Virus record (IMG/VR): IMGVR_UViG_3300031857_000025
Reading direction: 5' to 3' (one strand)
DNA from: a virus
Length of the DNA stretch: 64,000 nucleotides
This document shows, piece by piece, positions 1 to 10,092 of this stretch. The first letter of the stretch is position 1. Every line of letters begins with the position of its first letter. The position numbers and the translations under genes are program-made. Under the pieces are notes generated by a model. That model was not told the origin of the DNA and did no database searches. It worked only from the letters and a program-made list of their open reading frames with translations.

Positions 1-100
1 TACAGACACAAATGTCAACCCAAATACAGAATGAGAATATTAATTCAAGTACAACTGACCCAAATAATTCGGTATTTGAAAGATTAGAATAGGAATAAGA

Positions 101-667
101 ATGTTACCACAATTACATATGCCTCCTAGTCAAATAAAAAAAGCTTATACAGCTGGAGGTGAATATATTATTGCCAATGTAAATGATCGTCGAGAATATG
201 TTGGATATCTACATATATATCCAAACGGTGCTATATATAGTGGTGATAAGTACACATCGGATAGTATAGAATTATTAATGGTGCCGGCACAATACTTTAA
301 CTCCCAGTATAATGGTATATATTTTAAACTTACTAGAGCAGCTTTTTATAATCATACAGATCCGCAACATTACGTTTTAGTACCTACAGCAGATGATCGT
401 AAAAAAGGTGTAGTTAAACGATATTTTGCCTGTAAACGCAATGAAGATATTGTTATTGAAGTTGATTCCAAACAAGTGCAAGCAGCTAATGTATCAAATA
501 AAAAAGGTATTAATGCACGTATTTGGCGTATGATATCATTGGAATGGACAATTGCTGGTAATACAGATGAAGTACAACGAGCGAATAGTAGAGTTGTATC
601 AGTTGCATCACGTAAAGTTCCTTATATACGTACATACTTATCAGACCTTTTAGAATTTTATCAGTAA
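101..667 (+). CDS. hypothetical phage protein
   Basis: 188 aa ORF, no motif recognised. Confidence 0.6.
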   Translation: MLPQLHMPPSQIKKAYTAGGEYIIANVNDRREYVGYLHIYPNGAIYSGDKYTSDSIELLMVPAQYFNSQYNGIYFKLTRAAFYNHTDPQHYVLVPTADDRKKGVVKRYFACKRNEDIVIEVDSKQVQAANVSNKKGINARIWRMISLEWTIAGNTDEVQRANSRVVSVASRKVPYIRTYLSDLLEFYQ

Positions 668-669
668 CA

Positions 670-701
670 TTTGGTAAATTAAGATATTGATCTTATATTT
701 A
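670..701 (+). promoter_or_regulatory. Bacteroidota sigma70-type promoter
   Basis: TTTG-N20-TATATTTA, 5 nt before the ATG; the same spacing recurs about 16 times in the window. Confidence 0.7.
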
Positions 702-706
702 GCTAA

Positions 707-2014
707 ATGATAATCGAATCTGATATTGACTTCCAACGTGTTCAAGCGTCTTTAAGATCTGGTGATAGCTTCTGGATTCCGGTATACTCTGACAAGTATC
801 GTCATTATGTAAATAATAGAATTAGTTTTGTTTACATATATAGTATAGCTGATAATGAAGACTACATTGTTCCATTCCATCATATGGATTGTTTGAACCT
901 CAAATCCGAACAACTACAACACCTTACAAGTCAACATAATATCTTTGTATTAGGTAAAAAGCGATTCCAATATACGTACGGTAATACATGTTATGACGCC
1001 GATCTGTTTGCCTGGTGGCATACCAATAAAATGTTACCGTTAGATGAAACTAATACTGCTGCTCATGACATGTGGAGCAAGTGGTGGCATAATGAAACCA
1101 ATACAAACGATTGGTTACCAATAACTCGTCATCTGGAACGATGTGTTAACATGCGTATAGAGTTTCTAAAACTATATAATACAGTTGAGATATCTGATGA
1201 GTATAAGACATATGATATATCCGTATGTAAAGCATTTGGTGATATTGAACAGTATGGATTATATCAGTCAACAAAACAACTAGCTCATACCGAATATAAT
1301 TTATATACAAGTACAGGTCGTCCTAGTAATAAGTTTGGTGGTATTAACTATGCAGCTATGAATAAGGAAGATGGTAGTCGTAAAATATACTCGAGTAGAT
1401 TTGCAAAAGGTATGTTAGTTGAATATGATTATGATGCATATCATGTACGGTTGATTGCCAGTTTAATTGAATATACATTACCGACTGGTTCAGTTCATAC
1501 TTATTTTGGTAAACAGTATTTTGATACGGATGATTTATCAGAAGAACAGTATGACCAAAGCAAACAAATAACATTCCGATTGTTGTACGGAGGTATTGAT
1601 GATGACTTTGCTCAGATACCATTCTTTAACAAAGTACGTCAGTTCATTAACAAGTTATGGAAAGAATTCAAAGTATCAGGTTACATAACTACTCCTATAT
1701 ATAAACGGAGAATGTTTAAAAATAATCTGCATGATATGAATGCCAATAAATTGTTTAACTATTTGTTACAGGCAACTGAAACAGAACATAATATCAAACA
1801 AGTTTTAGCTGTAAATAACTTACTAATAAACTATCAAAGCCGATTAGTATTGTATACATACGATTCATTTTTATTTGATTTTGATATGACCGATGGTAAA
1901 CATGTATTATGTGATATCAAGAACACATTATCAGATAATGGTCAATATCCAGTTAAACTAAAAGCTGGAGTAGACTATGACAGTATGCATGATATGACTA
2001 ACCGACTTAGTTAA
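707..2014 (+). CDS. family A DNA polymerase-like protein (no 5' nuclease domain)
   Basis: TSTGRPS, motif A-like DYDAYHVR, motif B-like KQITFRLLYG, motif C-like YTYDS. Confidence 0.75.
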   Translation: MIIESDIDFQRVQASLRSGDSFWIPVYSDKYRHYVNNRISFVYIYSIADNEDYIVPFHHMDCLNLKSEQLQHLTSQHNIFVLGKKRFQYTYGNTCYDADLFAWWHTNKMLPLDETNTAAHDMWSKWWHNETNTNDWLPITRHLERCVNMRIEFLKLYNTVEISDEYKTYDISVCKAFGDIEQYGLYQSTKQLAHTEYNLYTSTGRPSNKFGGINYAAMNKEDGSRKIYSSRFAKGMLVEYDYDAYHVRLIASLIEYTLPTGSVHTYFGKQYFDTDDLSEEQYDQSKQITFRLLYGGIDDDFAQIPFFNKVRQFINKLWKEFKVSGYITTPIYKRRMFKNNLHDMNANKLFNYLLQATETEHNIKQVLAVNNLLINYQSRLVLYTYDSFLFDFDMTDGKHVLCDIKNTLSDNGQYPVKLKAGVDYDSMHDMTNRLS

Positions 2015-2064
2015 ATATTTATAACTATAAAAAGTTTTGTTGGATATTTATTAAAAAAAGAATT

Positions 2065-2613
2065 ATGACCGAATTACCAAAATCAACAGTACAAACAGTA
2101 GTATCGTCACAAGATAGTGTTATGTTACCAAAAACATTGACACCAGAAATTGTGAACGTACTTAACTCTGCAATTGCAGAAGAATATGCCGCTCATTATT
2201 TTTATAGAGGAGCTGCTAACTGGTGCCAAGGAGTTGGATATACTAAAGCGGCAGCGTTTTTTGCTAGTGAAGCAATTGCAGAATTAGAGCATGCTGAGAA
2301 GTTACAAAAGTATATAGTAGATTGGAATGCTACTCCGTTACTGCCATCTATAAAATTTAACGGTGAGTTTGCTCATTTAATTGATGTTGTTAACAAATCA
2401 TATGCTATTGAATACCAATTAGGTAACAAGTATATGACCTGGACACGTCAAATGTTTGATACTCATTTAATGACATTTAATTTCCTTCAAGGATATGTAG
2501 ATATTCAGAATGGGTCTATTGCAGAAATGTCAGATCTATTAAATGCTGCGCAGCTAGTTGATACATCAAATAAATTAGATTTATTACATTATGAAGAAAG
2601 ATACTTTGGTTAA
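2065..2613 (+). CDS. ferritin-like protein
   Basis: LNSAIAEEYAAHYFY, EAIAELEHAEKL, FLQGYVDIQ four-helix ferroxidase pattern. Confidence 0.8.
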   Translation: MTELPKSTVQTVVSSQDSVMLPKTLTPEIVNVLNSAIAEEYAAHYFYRGAANWCQGVGYTKAAAFFASEAIAELEHAEKLQKYIVDWNATPLLPSIKFNGEFAHLIDVVNKSYAIEYQLGNKYMTWTRQMFDTHLMTFNFLQGYVDIQNGSIAEMSDLLNAAQLVDTSNKLDLLHYEERYFG

Positions 2614-4009
2614 TTTACTTGATTTAGATAATATTCTGAATCCGGAGCCTATACAAGCACAGGCAGATATAATTTCTGAATCGGTTAATAATACTGTTAC
2701 GGAAACACCTAAGCCAGTTAATATTGATTGGGATGAAGTAATTACTGAATGGTTTTATCGTTTACCAAAAGGATATGCCGAACAGCCATATACTGAAAAA
2801 GAACTTAAAGTCTTAGATCAAGTAATTAATGAATATCAAAGTGGTGGGTTTAAACCAGTTATTAACGAAGCAAAAGCATTAACACCTGCTTTAACACCAG
2901 CTGGTAAAGAATTCATGCAAAAGGTTTATGATAATGGTAGTATACGTGATGAGGCATATCGAAAAATAGAATCAATCGTAGCAACAGCTAGTAAAGATCA
3001 GCAGATACAATGGAATGATTTGTTTCAGACATATACATTAAAACAATATATTAATGGTGGCTGGGAAAATTTTAAAGAATTTTTTGATATTGCACCACAG
3101 GGAATGGGTCGTGGTGAAATGATGGCTGTGTTAGCAATTAAAGGAGCTGCTTCCGGAGGTACCGAGCAGAAGGATTTACTATTACCTAGTGCTACTTGGG
3201 AAGTAAAAGAAGACCCGGATAACATCCGTATGGCCAAATCTGGCTTCGGTGGCAAGTTTAAATATGTCAAAGAAACTAAAAAATTCTATGAATTACTAGA
3301 AGGTATTGGTTTAAATGGCGGAGAGGATGCTACGATTATAGAAAATCTTAATAAAGTATTTAATTCTGAATCGTTATCAAATGAATTCATGAAAGTATTA
3401 ACAGTTAACTTCCGTGGTGATGGTTTTAAAGCAAAAAAGAAAAAAGGTGAAGAAGACGTTACATCTGAAAATTTCTTTGATCGTGTATCAAAAGCAGCTG
3501 AATTACCATCTGGCGTAATTGAATTACATTACCTAGGGTTTAAAGAACTAAACAGATTAGGTAAAACAATAAGTAAAAATAAAGATTTAGTAAATACAGC
3601 TAAATTAATTGTACAAACATCGAAAGCAGAAGGTCAGTTTTTTATTAGTACTGATGATGCTACAAAGATACAAAAAGCAAAATCGGACCAATCAGTAAGT
3701 ATTAAAGTATCTACTCCGGCAAAAAAAGATATTCGTGTATTTTTATATAACATTCTTAAAATTATAAAATCGCCAATGGTACAAGACCCTGAGTTATTAC
3801 CAAAAGATTTTAATGATCGTAAACATGCATACTTTATTGATGATGGATTGCCAGGCTTTGTTTATTATTTATCAGGTAATCCGAAACCATATTTAGGTTT
3901 TCCGAAAGATTTTATCATATATGGTATATCACAAAATATGGGAAAGATGATGATTGGGCGTCTAGCCAGTAAATATGAATTTATTAAAGCGCAAATGGCG
4001 TTAGGTTAA
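2591..4009 (+). CDS. hypothetical protein with possible PD-(D/E)XK nuclease core
   Basis: GRGE...KD-x8-EVK pattern; INEA putative processing site. Confidence 0.4.
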   Translation: MKKDTLVNLLDLDNILNPEPIQAQADIISESVNNTVTETPKPVNIDWDEVITEWFYRLPKGYAEQPYTEKELKVLDQVINEYQSGGFKPVINEAKALTPALTPAGKEFMQKVYDNGSIRDEAYRKIESIVATASKDQQIQWNDLFQTYTLKQYINGGWENFKEFFDIAPQGMGRGEMMAVLAIKGAASGGTEQKDLLLPSATWEVKEDPDNIRMAKSGFGGKFKYVKETKKFYELLEGIGLNGGEDATIIENLNKVFNSESLSNEFMKVLTVNFRGDGFKAKKKKGEEDVTSENFFDRVSKAAELPSGVIELHYLGFKELNRLGKTISKNKDLVNTAKLIVQTSKAEGQFFISTDDATKIQKAKSDQSVSIKVSTPAKKDIRVFLYNILKIIKSPMVQDPELLPKDFNDRKHAYFIDDGLPGFVYYLSGNPKPYLGFPKDFIIYGISQNMGKMMIGRLASKYEFIKAQMALG

Positions 4010-4026
4010 GTAAGAGAGGTTGATTA

Positions 4027-4413
4027 GTGAAGCCACAACTATTATGTACATTTGCACATCGTAAAGATTTAGATTTAATACTTGATTATATCATATCATC
4101 TTATACTATATCTGAACGTCGGTTATTTGTATTTGCTGATGATAATGTTTACAATGACATGTACATAACATTCAATGTGGAAACTGCGGATACCAAGCGT
4201 ATACCAAATACAATATTGGTACACCGTAAAAAAGAAACCAATACCATGTATACAGTTAATGCTTTAAATGTAATCATACGTGAAGCTAATAACGGTATAC
4301 TGGATAAGACATTTATTATTAACTGGAATGCTTATCGCAATTCTATACTATTAACTTCAGATGATGCATTAAGGCATGTGCAATTGAAAATGCATAAGCG
4401 AATTGATTTGTAA
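4027..4413 (+). CDS. conserved hypothetical phage protein
   Basis: 128 aa ORF (LLCTF...HRKKETNTMYTVNALN). Confidence 0.6.
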   Translation: MKPQLLCTFAHRKDLDLILDYIISSYTISERRLFVFADDNVYNDMYITFNVETADTKRIPNTILVHRKKETNTMYTVNALNVIIREANNGILDKTFIINWNAYRNSILLTSDDALRHVQLKMHKRIDL

Positions 4414-4442
4414 TATATTTATTTAAAACATAAAAGGAAAAC

Positions 4443-5180
4443 ATGAAAAAAATACAACTTAAAAATTTAATCCGTGAAGAGATTCGCAGAGTATTAAAAG
4501 AAGCTGCTACCGGTACATTACGCAATGTAAAGGCAAACGTTTCTATATTTAGTGGTAAAGACGGTGAAGAAATGCAGTTGGCAGATAAATTTTTCGGAAA
4601 ATTTATTACCGTAAAACAAGCTCCAAATGAAGACGGAGATGCTATAGTAGACGTTAACGTTGGCAACTTAATTAACTTGCTGCAAACAGATGCAAAATAT
4701 AGTGCAGGGACAGCTGAGTATAGTAAGAAGCCAGGTGACGTTAGGGTTTATTACGGCGGAAATGATTCTATAGAGCTTTATGGATTACCAACTGATGCAT
4801 CAGATGCAATTTTATCAACTGGTACATCAAAAAAACAATCTCGTATGTATTCTGTAACAGTACAGATAGGTGCAGATCCGTATGCTAACTTTGATGATTT
4901 TGAAGATTATATGATACCAACTGTAGCAGAAAAGATAATCGGACGTCCGAAAATTACAGCCCAGCCAGAAACTGATGCTGAGGGAAGGCAAATTGACCAG
5001 TATGTTAGCAAGTTAGAAAAAACTTTATTGGCAGCTGCTAAACGAGTTGTTCCGGGAATAAAGAGTATGGCAACTGAAGAAGGTGGATTTGTATTTCAAC
5101 TACCGGGACAGCCAGATAGTCAAATGAAGTCTAAACTAAAGTCTTTGTTTGCAGGCGCTAGAAAAGTAACTTTTAAATAA
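4443..5180 (+). CDS. putative virion-internal protein
   Basis: N-terminal LKNLIREEIRRVLKEA leader; ATATTTAT motif upstream. Confidence 0.5.
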   Translation: MKKIQLKNLIREEIRRVLKEAATGTLRNVKANVSIFSGKDGEEMQLADKFFGKFITVKQAPNEDGDAIVDVNVGNLINLLQTDAKYSAGTAEYSKKPGDVRVYYGGNDSIELYGLPTDASDAILSTGTSKKQSRMYSVTVQIGADPYANFDDFEDYMIPTVAEKIIGRPKITAQPETDAEGRQIDQYVSKLEKTLLAAAKRVVPGIKSMATEEGGFVFQLPGQPDSQMKSKLKSLFAGARKVTFK

Positions 5181-5200
5181 AATATATATAAAGTAATAAC

Positions 5201-5425
5201 ATGAAAGCATCAGAGTTTAAAAAACTAATCCGTGAAGAGGTTAAAAACGTCTTAAAGGAAGCTACAGTTAAACTTGGGCCTGACAAAAATTTTATTTTAA
5301 AAAACTATAAAGGAGGTGTACTACTTCAAAAATTAGACCCTAACGGAGGTCAAGTACATAGCGAAATGCTTATCCTTAAAAATGAAATACCAGATGTAAT
5401 TGCTTTCTTAAATAAGAATAAATAA
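5201..5425 (+). CDS. putative virion-internal protein
   Basis: FKKLIREEVKNVLKEA leader paralogous to that of 4443. Confidence 0.5.
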   Translation: MKASEFKKLIREEVKNVLKEATVKLGPDKNFILKNYKGGVLLQKLDPNGGQVHSEMLILKNEIPDVIAFLNKNK

Positions 5426-5452
5426 TAAAACTACACGCCCCCAGAATATTAG

Positions 5453-5475
5453 AGCCGGTTTCATCCGGCTTTTTT
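5453..5475 (+). terminator. rho-independent terminator
   Basis: AGCCGG-tttcat-CCGGCT followed by a T run. Confidence 0.8.
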
Positions 5476-5609
5476 ATTGGCTAAGGATATATTTATATAA
5501 AATAACAAATGATAAATAAAAATATTTCACTTTTTTCTTGTTTAATGAAAAGTAAGTACTTATATTTAAAGCAAATTAATAATAATCAATAATAAAAAAG
5601 GAGTAACAA

Positions 5610-6380
5610 ATGGCTATTAATTTAGATGCTATTAAAGCAAAACTTAACAAATTACAAACACAGACTACACGTCAGAACAATCTTTGGAAGCCTGAACCGG
5701 GCAAGCAGCAAATTCGTATTGTACCTTATCAATACAACAAAGAGAATCCATTTCAAGAACTTTATTTCCATTATGATCTAGGTAAGAAGAATTTCTTATC
5801 TCCGATCACTCATGGCAATCCAGATCCAGTAGTGGAATTTGCTGACAAGCTTAAATCTTCAGGTAATTCAGATGAATGGAAATTAGGTAAGAAACTAGAA
5901 CCAAAAATGCGTTGCTATGTTCCTATCATTGTTCGTGGTAAAGAGTCCGAAGGTGTTAAATTCTGGGGTTTTGGTAAGACAGTCTATGCTGAATTATTAG
6001 GGTTCATTGCTGACCCAGATTACGGTGATCTAACCGATCCAATGAATGGTCGTGATATTGTAATTGAATTTACACCAGCCGAAGGTGGTGCATATCCAAA
6101 GACAACTTTACGTATTAAACCAAATACAACACCATTGACTACGGATCGTAATATTGCTGAAAAGATCGCTCAACAGCAACCAAATCTCGGAGAAATTTTC
6201 AAAGAACCGACTTACAATGAACTTAAAGAAGCATTGGAGCAATGGTTGAATCCTAGTGATGATGATGCTGATACATCTGTATCGACTGCATCTCATGATG
6301 AAGATGAAGCACCATTTTCACCTAATGTAAGTAAAGTTGATGACGTAAGTGCAGCGTTTGATGAATTGTTTAACGAATAA
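5610..6380 (+). CDS. single-stranded DNA-binding protein (gp32-like)
   Basis: WKP...IRIVP, VKFWGFGK, DP..GRD motifs; acidic tail AFDELFNE; heads the replication cluster. Confidence 0.8.
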   Translation: MAINLDAIKAKLNKLQTQTTRQNNLWKPEPGKQQIRIVPYQYNKENPFQELYFHYDLGKKNFLSPITHGNPDPVVEFADKLKSSGNSDEWKLGKKLEPKMRCYVPIIVRGKESEGVKFWGFGKTVYAELLGFIADPDYGDLTDPMNGRDIVIEFTPAEGGAYPKTTLRIKPNTTPLTTDRNIAEKIAQQQPNLGEIFKEPTYNELKEALEQWLNPSDDDADTSVSTASHDEDEAPFSPNVSKVDDVSAAFDELFNE

Positions 6381-6400
6381 TATTTTAAAGGAGTTACAAA

Positions 6401-7540
6401 ATGGCAGTATCTAAAAGTGATCTGTCGGATGAATTAGCCGGTGAATTGGCTAGTAATCTGAACAAAAAATTTAAAGGATCTGGATACAAGACCGCATACT
6501 TTTTAGAGGGAGATGTTGATTCTCCTTCTAATGTATCCGGTTGGGTAGGAACAGGTTCAAGTATGCTTGATTTAGCTATATCAAATCGTCCAGGAGGTGG
6601 TTTTCCGATTGGTCGTATCGCTGAGATAACTGGTCTAGAAGCTTCTGGTAAGTCGTTATTGGCTACTCATGCATTAGCTGATACACAGAGACAAGGAGGA
6701 TTGGCAGTTTACATTGATACCGAGAGTGCAGTTAGCAGTGAGTTTCTTGAAGCTATCGGTATTGATTTAACTAAAATGTTATATGTTCCATTGGAAACTA
6801 TGGAAGATATCTTTGAAGCTATTGAATCTATTGTTGAATCAGTACGTAAATCGAACAAGGATCGATTGGTTACTATAGTAGTCGATTCGGTCATGGGCGC
6901 ATCTACAAAGGTAGAAATGGCAGCCGAATTTGATAAAGATGGTTGGGCAACTAGCAAAGCCATTATCTTATCAAAAGGTATGCGTAAAATTACCAATATG
7001 ATTGCTCGTGAGAAGATATGTCTACTATTTACCAATCAGTTACGATCTCGACTAGGAGTTAGTTTTGGTGATCCATGGACTACCTCTGGTGGTAAGGCTA
7101 TTCCATTTCATGCTTCTGTACGTCTTCGTCTTAAGTCTATAGGTCAAATCAAGGCTAAGGATGCTAAAGGTGTTGAGCAGATCATTGGAATCAAGACCCG
7201 AGCTCAAGTAATTAAGAATCGTATGGGACCTCCTTTGAAGTCTATTGATTATGATATTTACTTTGAGTCTGGTATTGATAATTACGGTGGATGGTTGGAA
7301 GTGATGAAAGAGTATAAGTTAGTTAGTCAGGCAGGTGCTTGGTATACTTATACAAGAGAGAATGGTACGGCTGTTAAGTTCTTATCAAAAGATTTTCAAG
7401 GAGCGTTGGAAAAGGATAAGACCCTAATGGATGAAATATACAAAGCTATTTGTGATGCATATATCTTCCGTTACCAAGCAGGCTCTATTGGAATTGATGA
7501 CATTGAAATTGACGAGGACTTTATTAGTGAAGAATCATGA
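6401..7540 (+). CDS. recA: RecA/UvsX recombinase
   Basis: GLEASGKS Walker A, YIDTE, VVDSV, FTNQLR, GGKAIPFHASVRL. Confidence 0.92.
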   Translation: MAVSKSDLSDELAGELASNLNKKFKGSGYKTAYFLEGDVDSPSNVSGWVGTGSSMLDLAISNRPGGGFPIGRIAEITGLEASGKSLLATHALADTQRQGGLAVYIDTESAVSSEFLEAIGIDLTKMLYVPLETMEDIFEAIESIVESVRKSNKDRLVTIVVDSVMGASTKVEMAAEFDKDGWATSKAIILSKGMRKITNMIAREKICLLFTNQLRSRLGVSFGDPWTTSGGKAIPFHASVRLRLKSIGQIKAKDAKGVEQIIGIKTRAQVIKNRMGPPLKSIDYDIYFESGIDNYGGWLEVMKEYKLVSQAGAWYTYTRENGTAVKFLSKDFQGALEKDKTLMDEIYKAICDAYIFRYQAGSIGIDDIEIDEDFISEES

Positions 7541-8583
7541 AGACTAGATATCTTGAAATCTTAAAACAAGTTGAACAGGAACATACCAGTGATAAGACTA
7601 CTGATCGAAACAGTAGAATACTTATTATTGACGGATTGAATACGTTCATCAGAGTATTTTCTGCAGTACCTGCATTAAACGATGACGGTGAACATATTGG
7701 CGGAGTAACGGGCTTTTTAAGGTCCGTTGCTTCGGTCATCCGTGACTATAAGCCAACTAGATGTATTGTAGTATTTGACGGTAAGGGTGGTTCTGCGAGA
7801 CGTAAGAAAGTTTACTCTCAATACAAAGCTAACCGAGCCGTTAAGACCCAATTCAACCGATACCAAGAATTTGCAAATCTTGAAGACGAATCATTATCAA
7901 TGAAACGCCAATTTGGTCGTATTATTGAATATCTACAAGTATTGCCAGTAACTACATTAGCAGTTGATAATGTTGAAGCTGATGATATTATAGCATATAT
8001 TGCCAATGAAATTTATACTAAAGATGAACAAAAGGTAACTATTGTATCTACAGATAGAGATTTCTTACAACTAGTTAATCATCGTATCAATGTATGGAGT
8101 CCGGTTAAGAAGATTCTATATAATCCAGTACGATTAGAAGAAGAACTAGGTATTCCGTCAAAGAACTATTTAATGTATCGAACATTTATAGGTGATAAGT
8201 CAGATAACATACCTGGCATTAACGGCGTAGCATTAAAAACAATGCTCAAGCATTTTCCAATCATGACAGAAGATCGTCAAATAAGTATTGATGATATAAT
8301 GGACTATGCTAAGGGACAAGATAAACCGACTCGTATACATGAAGCAGTATTAAACAGCAAAGAAACATTAGAACTCAATTACAACCTAATGCAACTTAAG
8401 AATGTTGATATTCCAGGTAATGCCAAGATGCTAGCCATTAATACTGTTAATGATCCAGTATCAAAGACCAATGTATATGAATTCAAGAAAATGTTCATGA
8501 TGGATAAAATGTATACCATTATTAAAGATGTGGATACTTGGTTAACAGCATTTAATACCTTAAATGCTTATGCAAATATTTGA
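7537..8583 (+). CDS. 5'-3' exonuclease / T4 RNase H-like flap nuclease
   Basis: LIIDG, VFDG, YKANR, EADD, STDRD, GDKSDNIPGING. Confidence 0.9.
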   Translation: MKTRYLEILKQVEQEHTSDKTTDRNSRILIIDGLNTFIRVFSAVPALNDDGEHIGGVTGFLRSVASVIRDYKPTRCIVVFDGKGGSARRKKVYSQYKANRAVKTQFNRYQEFANLEDESLSMKRQFGRIIEYLQVLPVTTLAVDNVEADDIIAYIANEIYTKDEQKVTIVSTDRDFLQLVNHRINVWSPVKKILYNPVRLEEELGIPSKNYLMYRTFIGDKSDNIPGINGVALKTMLKHFPIMTEDRQISIDDIMDYAKGQDKPTRIHEAVLNSKETLELNYNLMQLKNVDIPGNAKMLAINTVNDPVSKTNVYEFKKMFMMDKMYTIIKDVDTWLTAFNTLNAYANI

Positions 8584-8613
8584 TTTATTAAAAAATTGTT
8601 TATATAATAAAGT

Positions 8614-9969
8614 ATGACAGATAGATTAAGTGCCTACGGTTATGCTTTTCAGATAAAAGTTATTACCGCTTTATTTACAGATAAAGCATTTTTACAACAA
8701 ATTGCTGATATATTATCAGCCTCGTATTTTGAGAGTGAAGCTAACGAGTGGATTGTAAATACAATTTTAGAGTATCATTTGCAATACAAGACAAGTGCAA
8801 CATTAGAAGTTATGAAAGTAAAACTTCATGAAGTATCTAATGAAGTGCTTGCAACCCAAATTAAAGAACATCTTAAAGATGCATTCCGATATACTCAAGC
8901 AGATGACCTAGAGTTTATTAAACAGCAAGCGTTAGATTTTTGTAAGAATCAAGAAATCAAAAAAGCTATCTTATCGGCAGTCGACTTACTTAAGGTAGGT
9001 AGATATGATGACATCAAAGTGCAAATTGATAATGCTTTGAAAGCTGGTGGCGATAAAGAGATAGGTCATGATTACATGACTAGTATAGATGAACGATATA
9101 CAGAGTCTGTTCGTGATACAAAAGAAACGCCATGGGAAATAGTTAATGAATTGACTTCAGGTGGATTAGGTAAAGGTGAGTTAGGAGTATTTGTAGCTCC
9201 TGCAGGTATTGGTAAGTCTTGGGGACTTATTAATATAGGAGCGCATGCGCTTAGGAAAGGAATGACAGTTGTTCATTATACATTGGAGTTGAATGAAGCA
9301 TATGTAGGTTTACGTTATGACTCTGTAGTAACTGGTATTGCTAATCAGAACTTGAAACATTATCAAGATCAAGTTAAGTCTGACTTAAGTAAACTAAACG
9401 GCGAACTTATTATCAAATATTATCCGACCAAGACAATATCAGTATTAGGATTGAAAGCTCATATTGAAAAATGTATAATGCAAGGAAAGAAGCCAGATGT
9501 CATTATAGTTGACTATGCTGATTTGTTAAGAGGTCATGGTCAAGAGAAACGACATGAGTTGGAAGGTATATATGAAGACCTCCGAGGATTAGCAGGAGAG
9601 TATGAAGTACCGGTATGGACAGCATCTCAAGCAAATAGATCGGCATTGGAAGAGGATGTTATCGGGGCAGAGAAGATTGCCGAGTCTTATGGTAAGGTAA
9701 TGGTAGCTGACTTTGTTATATCATTATCTCGTAAGGTGCAAGACAAGTTAGCCGGTACTGGTAGATGGCATGTCATTAAGAATCGTTTCGGTCCTGATGG
9801 TATTACATTGCCAAGTAAAATGAATACTAGTAATGGACAGATTAACATATACGCTGATACATCAGTGCAAGGTAAGGATGCTCAGAAGCAAATGGATAAT
9901 GGAAATGAGTTAGCTCGTAAGATGTTAGCCCGCAAATTCCAAGAAATTCAGAATAATGACTTTGAATAA
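8614..9969 (+). CDS. DnaB-like replicative helicase (gp41-like)
   Basis: APAGIGKS, IVDYADL, WTASQANR, KNRFG. Confidence 0.9.
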   Translation: MTDRLSAYGYAFQIKVITALFTDKAFLQQIADILSASYFESEANEWIVNTILEYHLQYKTSATLEVMKVKLHEVSNEVLATQIKEHLKDAFRYTQADDLEFIKQQALDFCKNQEIKKAILSAVDLLKVGRYDDIKVQIDNALKAGGDKEIGHDYMTSIDERYTESVRDTKETPWEIVNELTSGGLGKGELGVFVAPAGIGKSWGLINIGAHALRKGMTVVHYTLELNEAYVGLRYDSVVTGIANQNLKHYQDQVKSDLSKLNGELIIKYYPTKTISVLGLKAHIEKCIMQGKKPDVIIVDYADLLRGHGQEKRHELEGIYEDLRGLAGEYEVPVWTASQANRSALEEDVIGAEKIAESYGKVMVADFVISLSRKVQDKLAGTGRWHVIKNRFGPDGITLPSKMNTSNGQINIYADTSVQGKDAQKQMDNGNELARKMLARKFQEIQNNDFE

Positions 9970-10092
9970 AAAAGTTAAGAAAAAGTTACAAAAAGCAAAC
10001 AGATAGCAATGACGACGGCATATTTATGTATAAAATTACGTAGTTTTAAAACAATTTATAACAAAAGATTAATTAAACTTTAAGGGAACATT

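Noticed and set aside
9970-10092. Cobalamin riboswitch upstream of nrdJ
   Set aside because: Short, A-rich and unstructured; no B12 box
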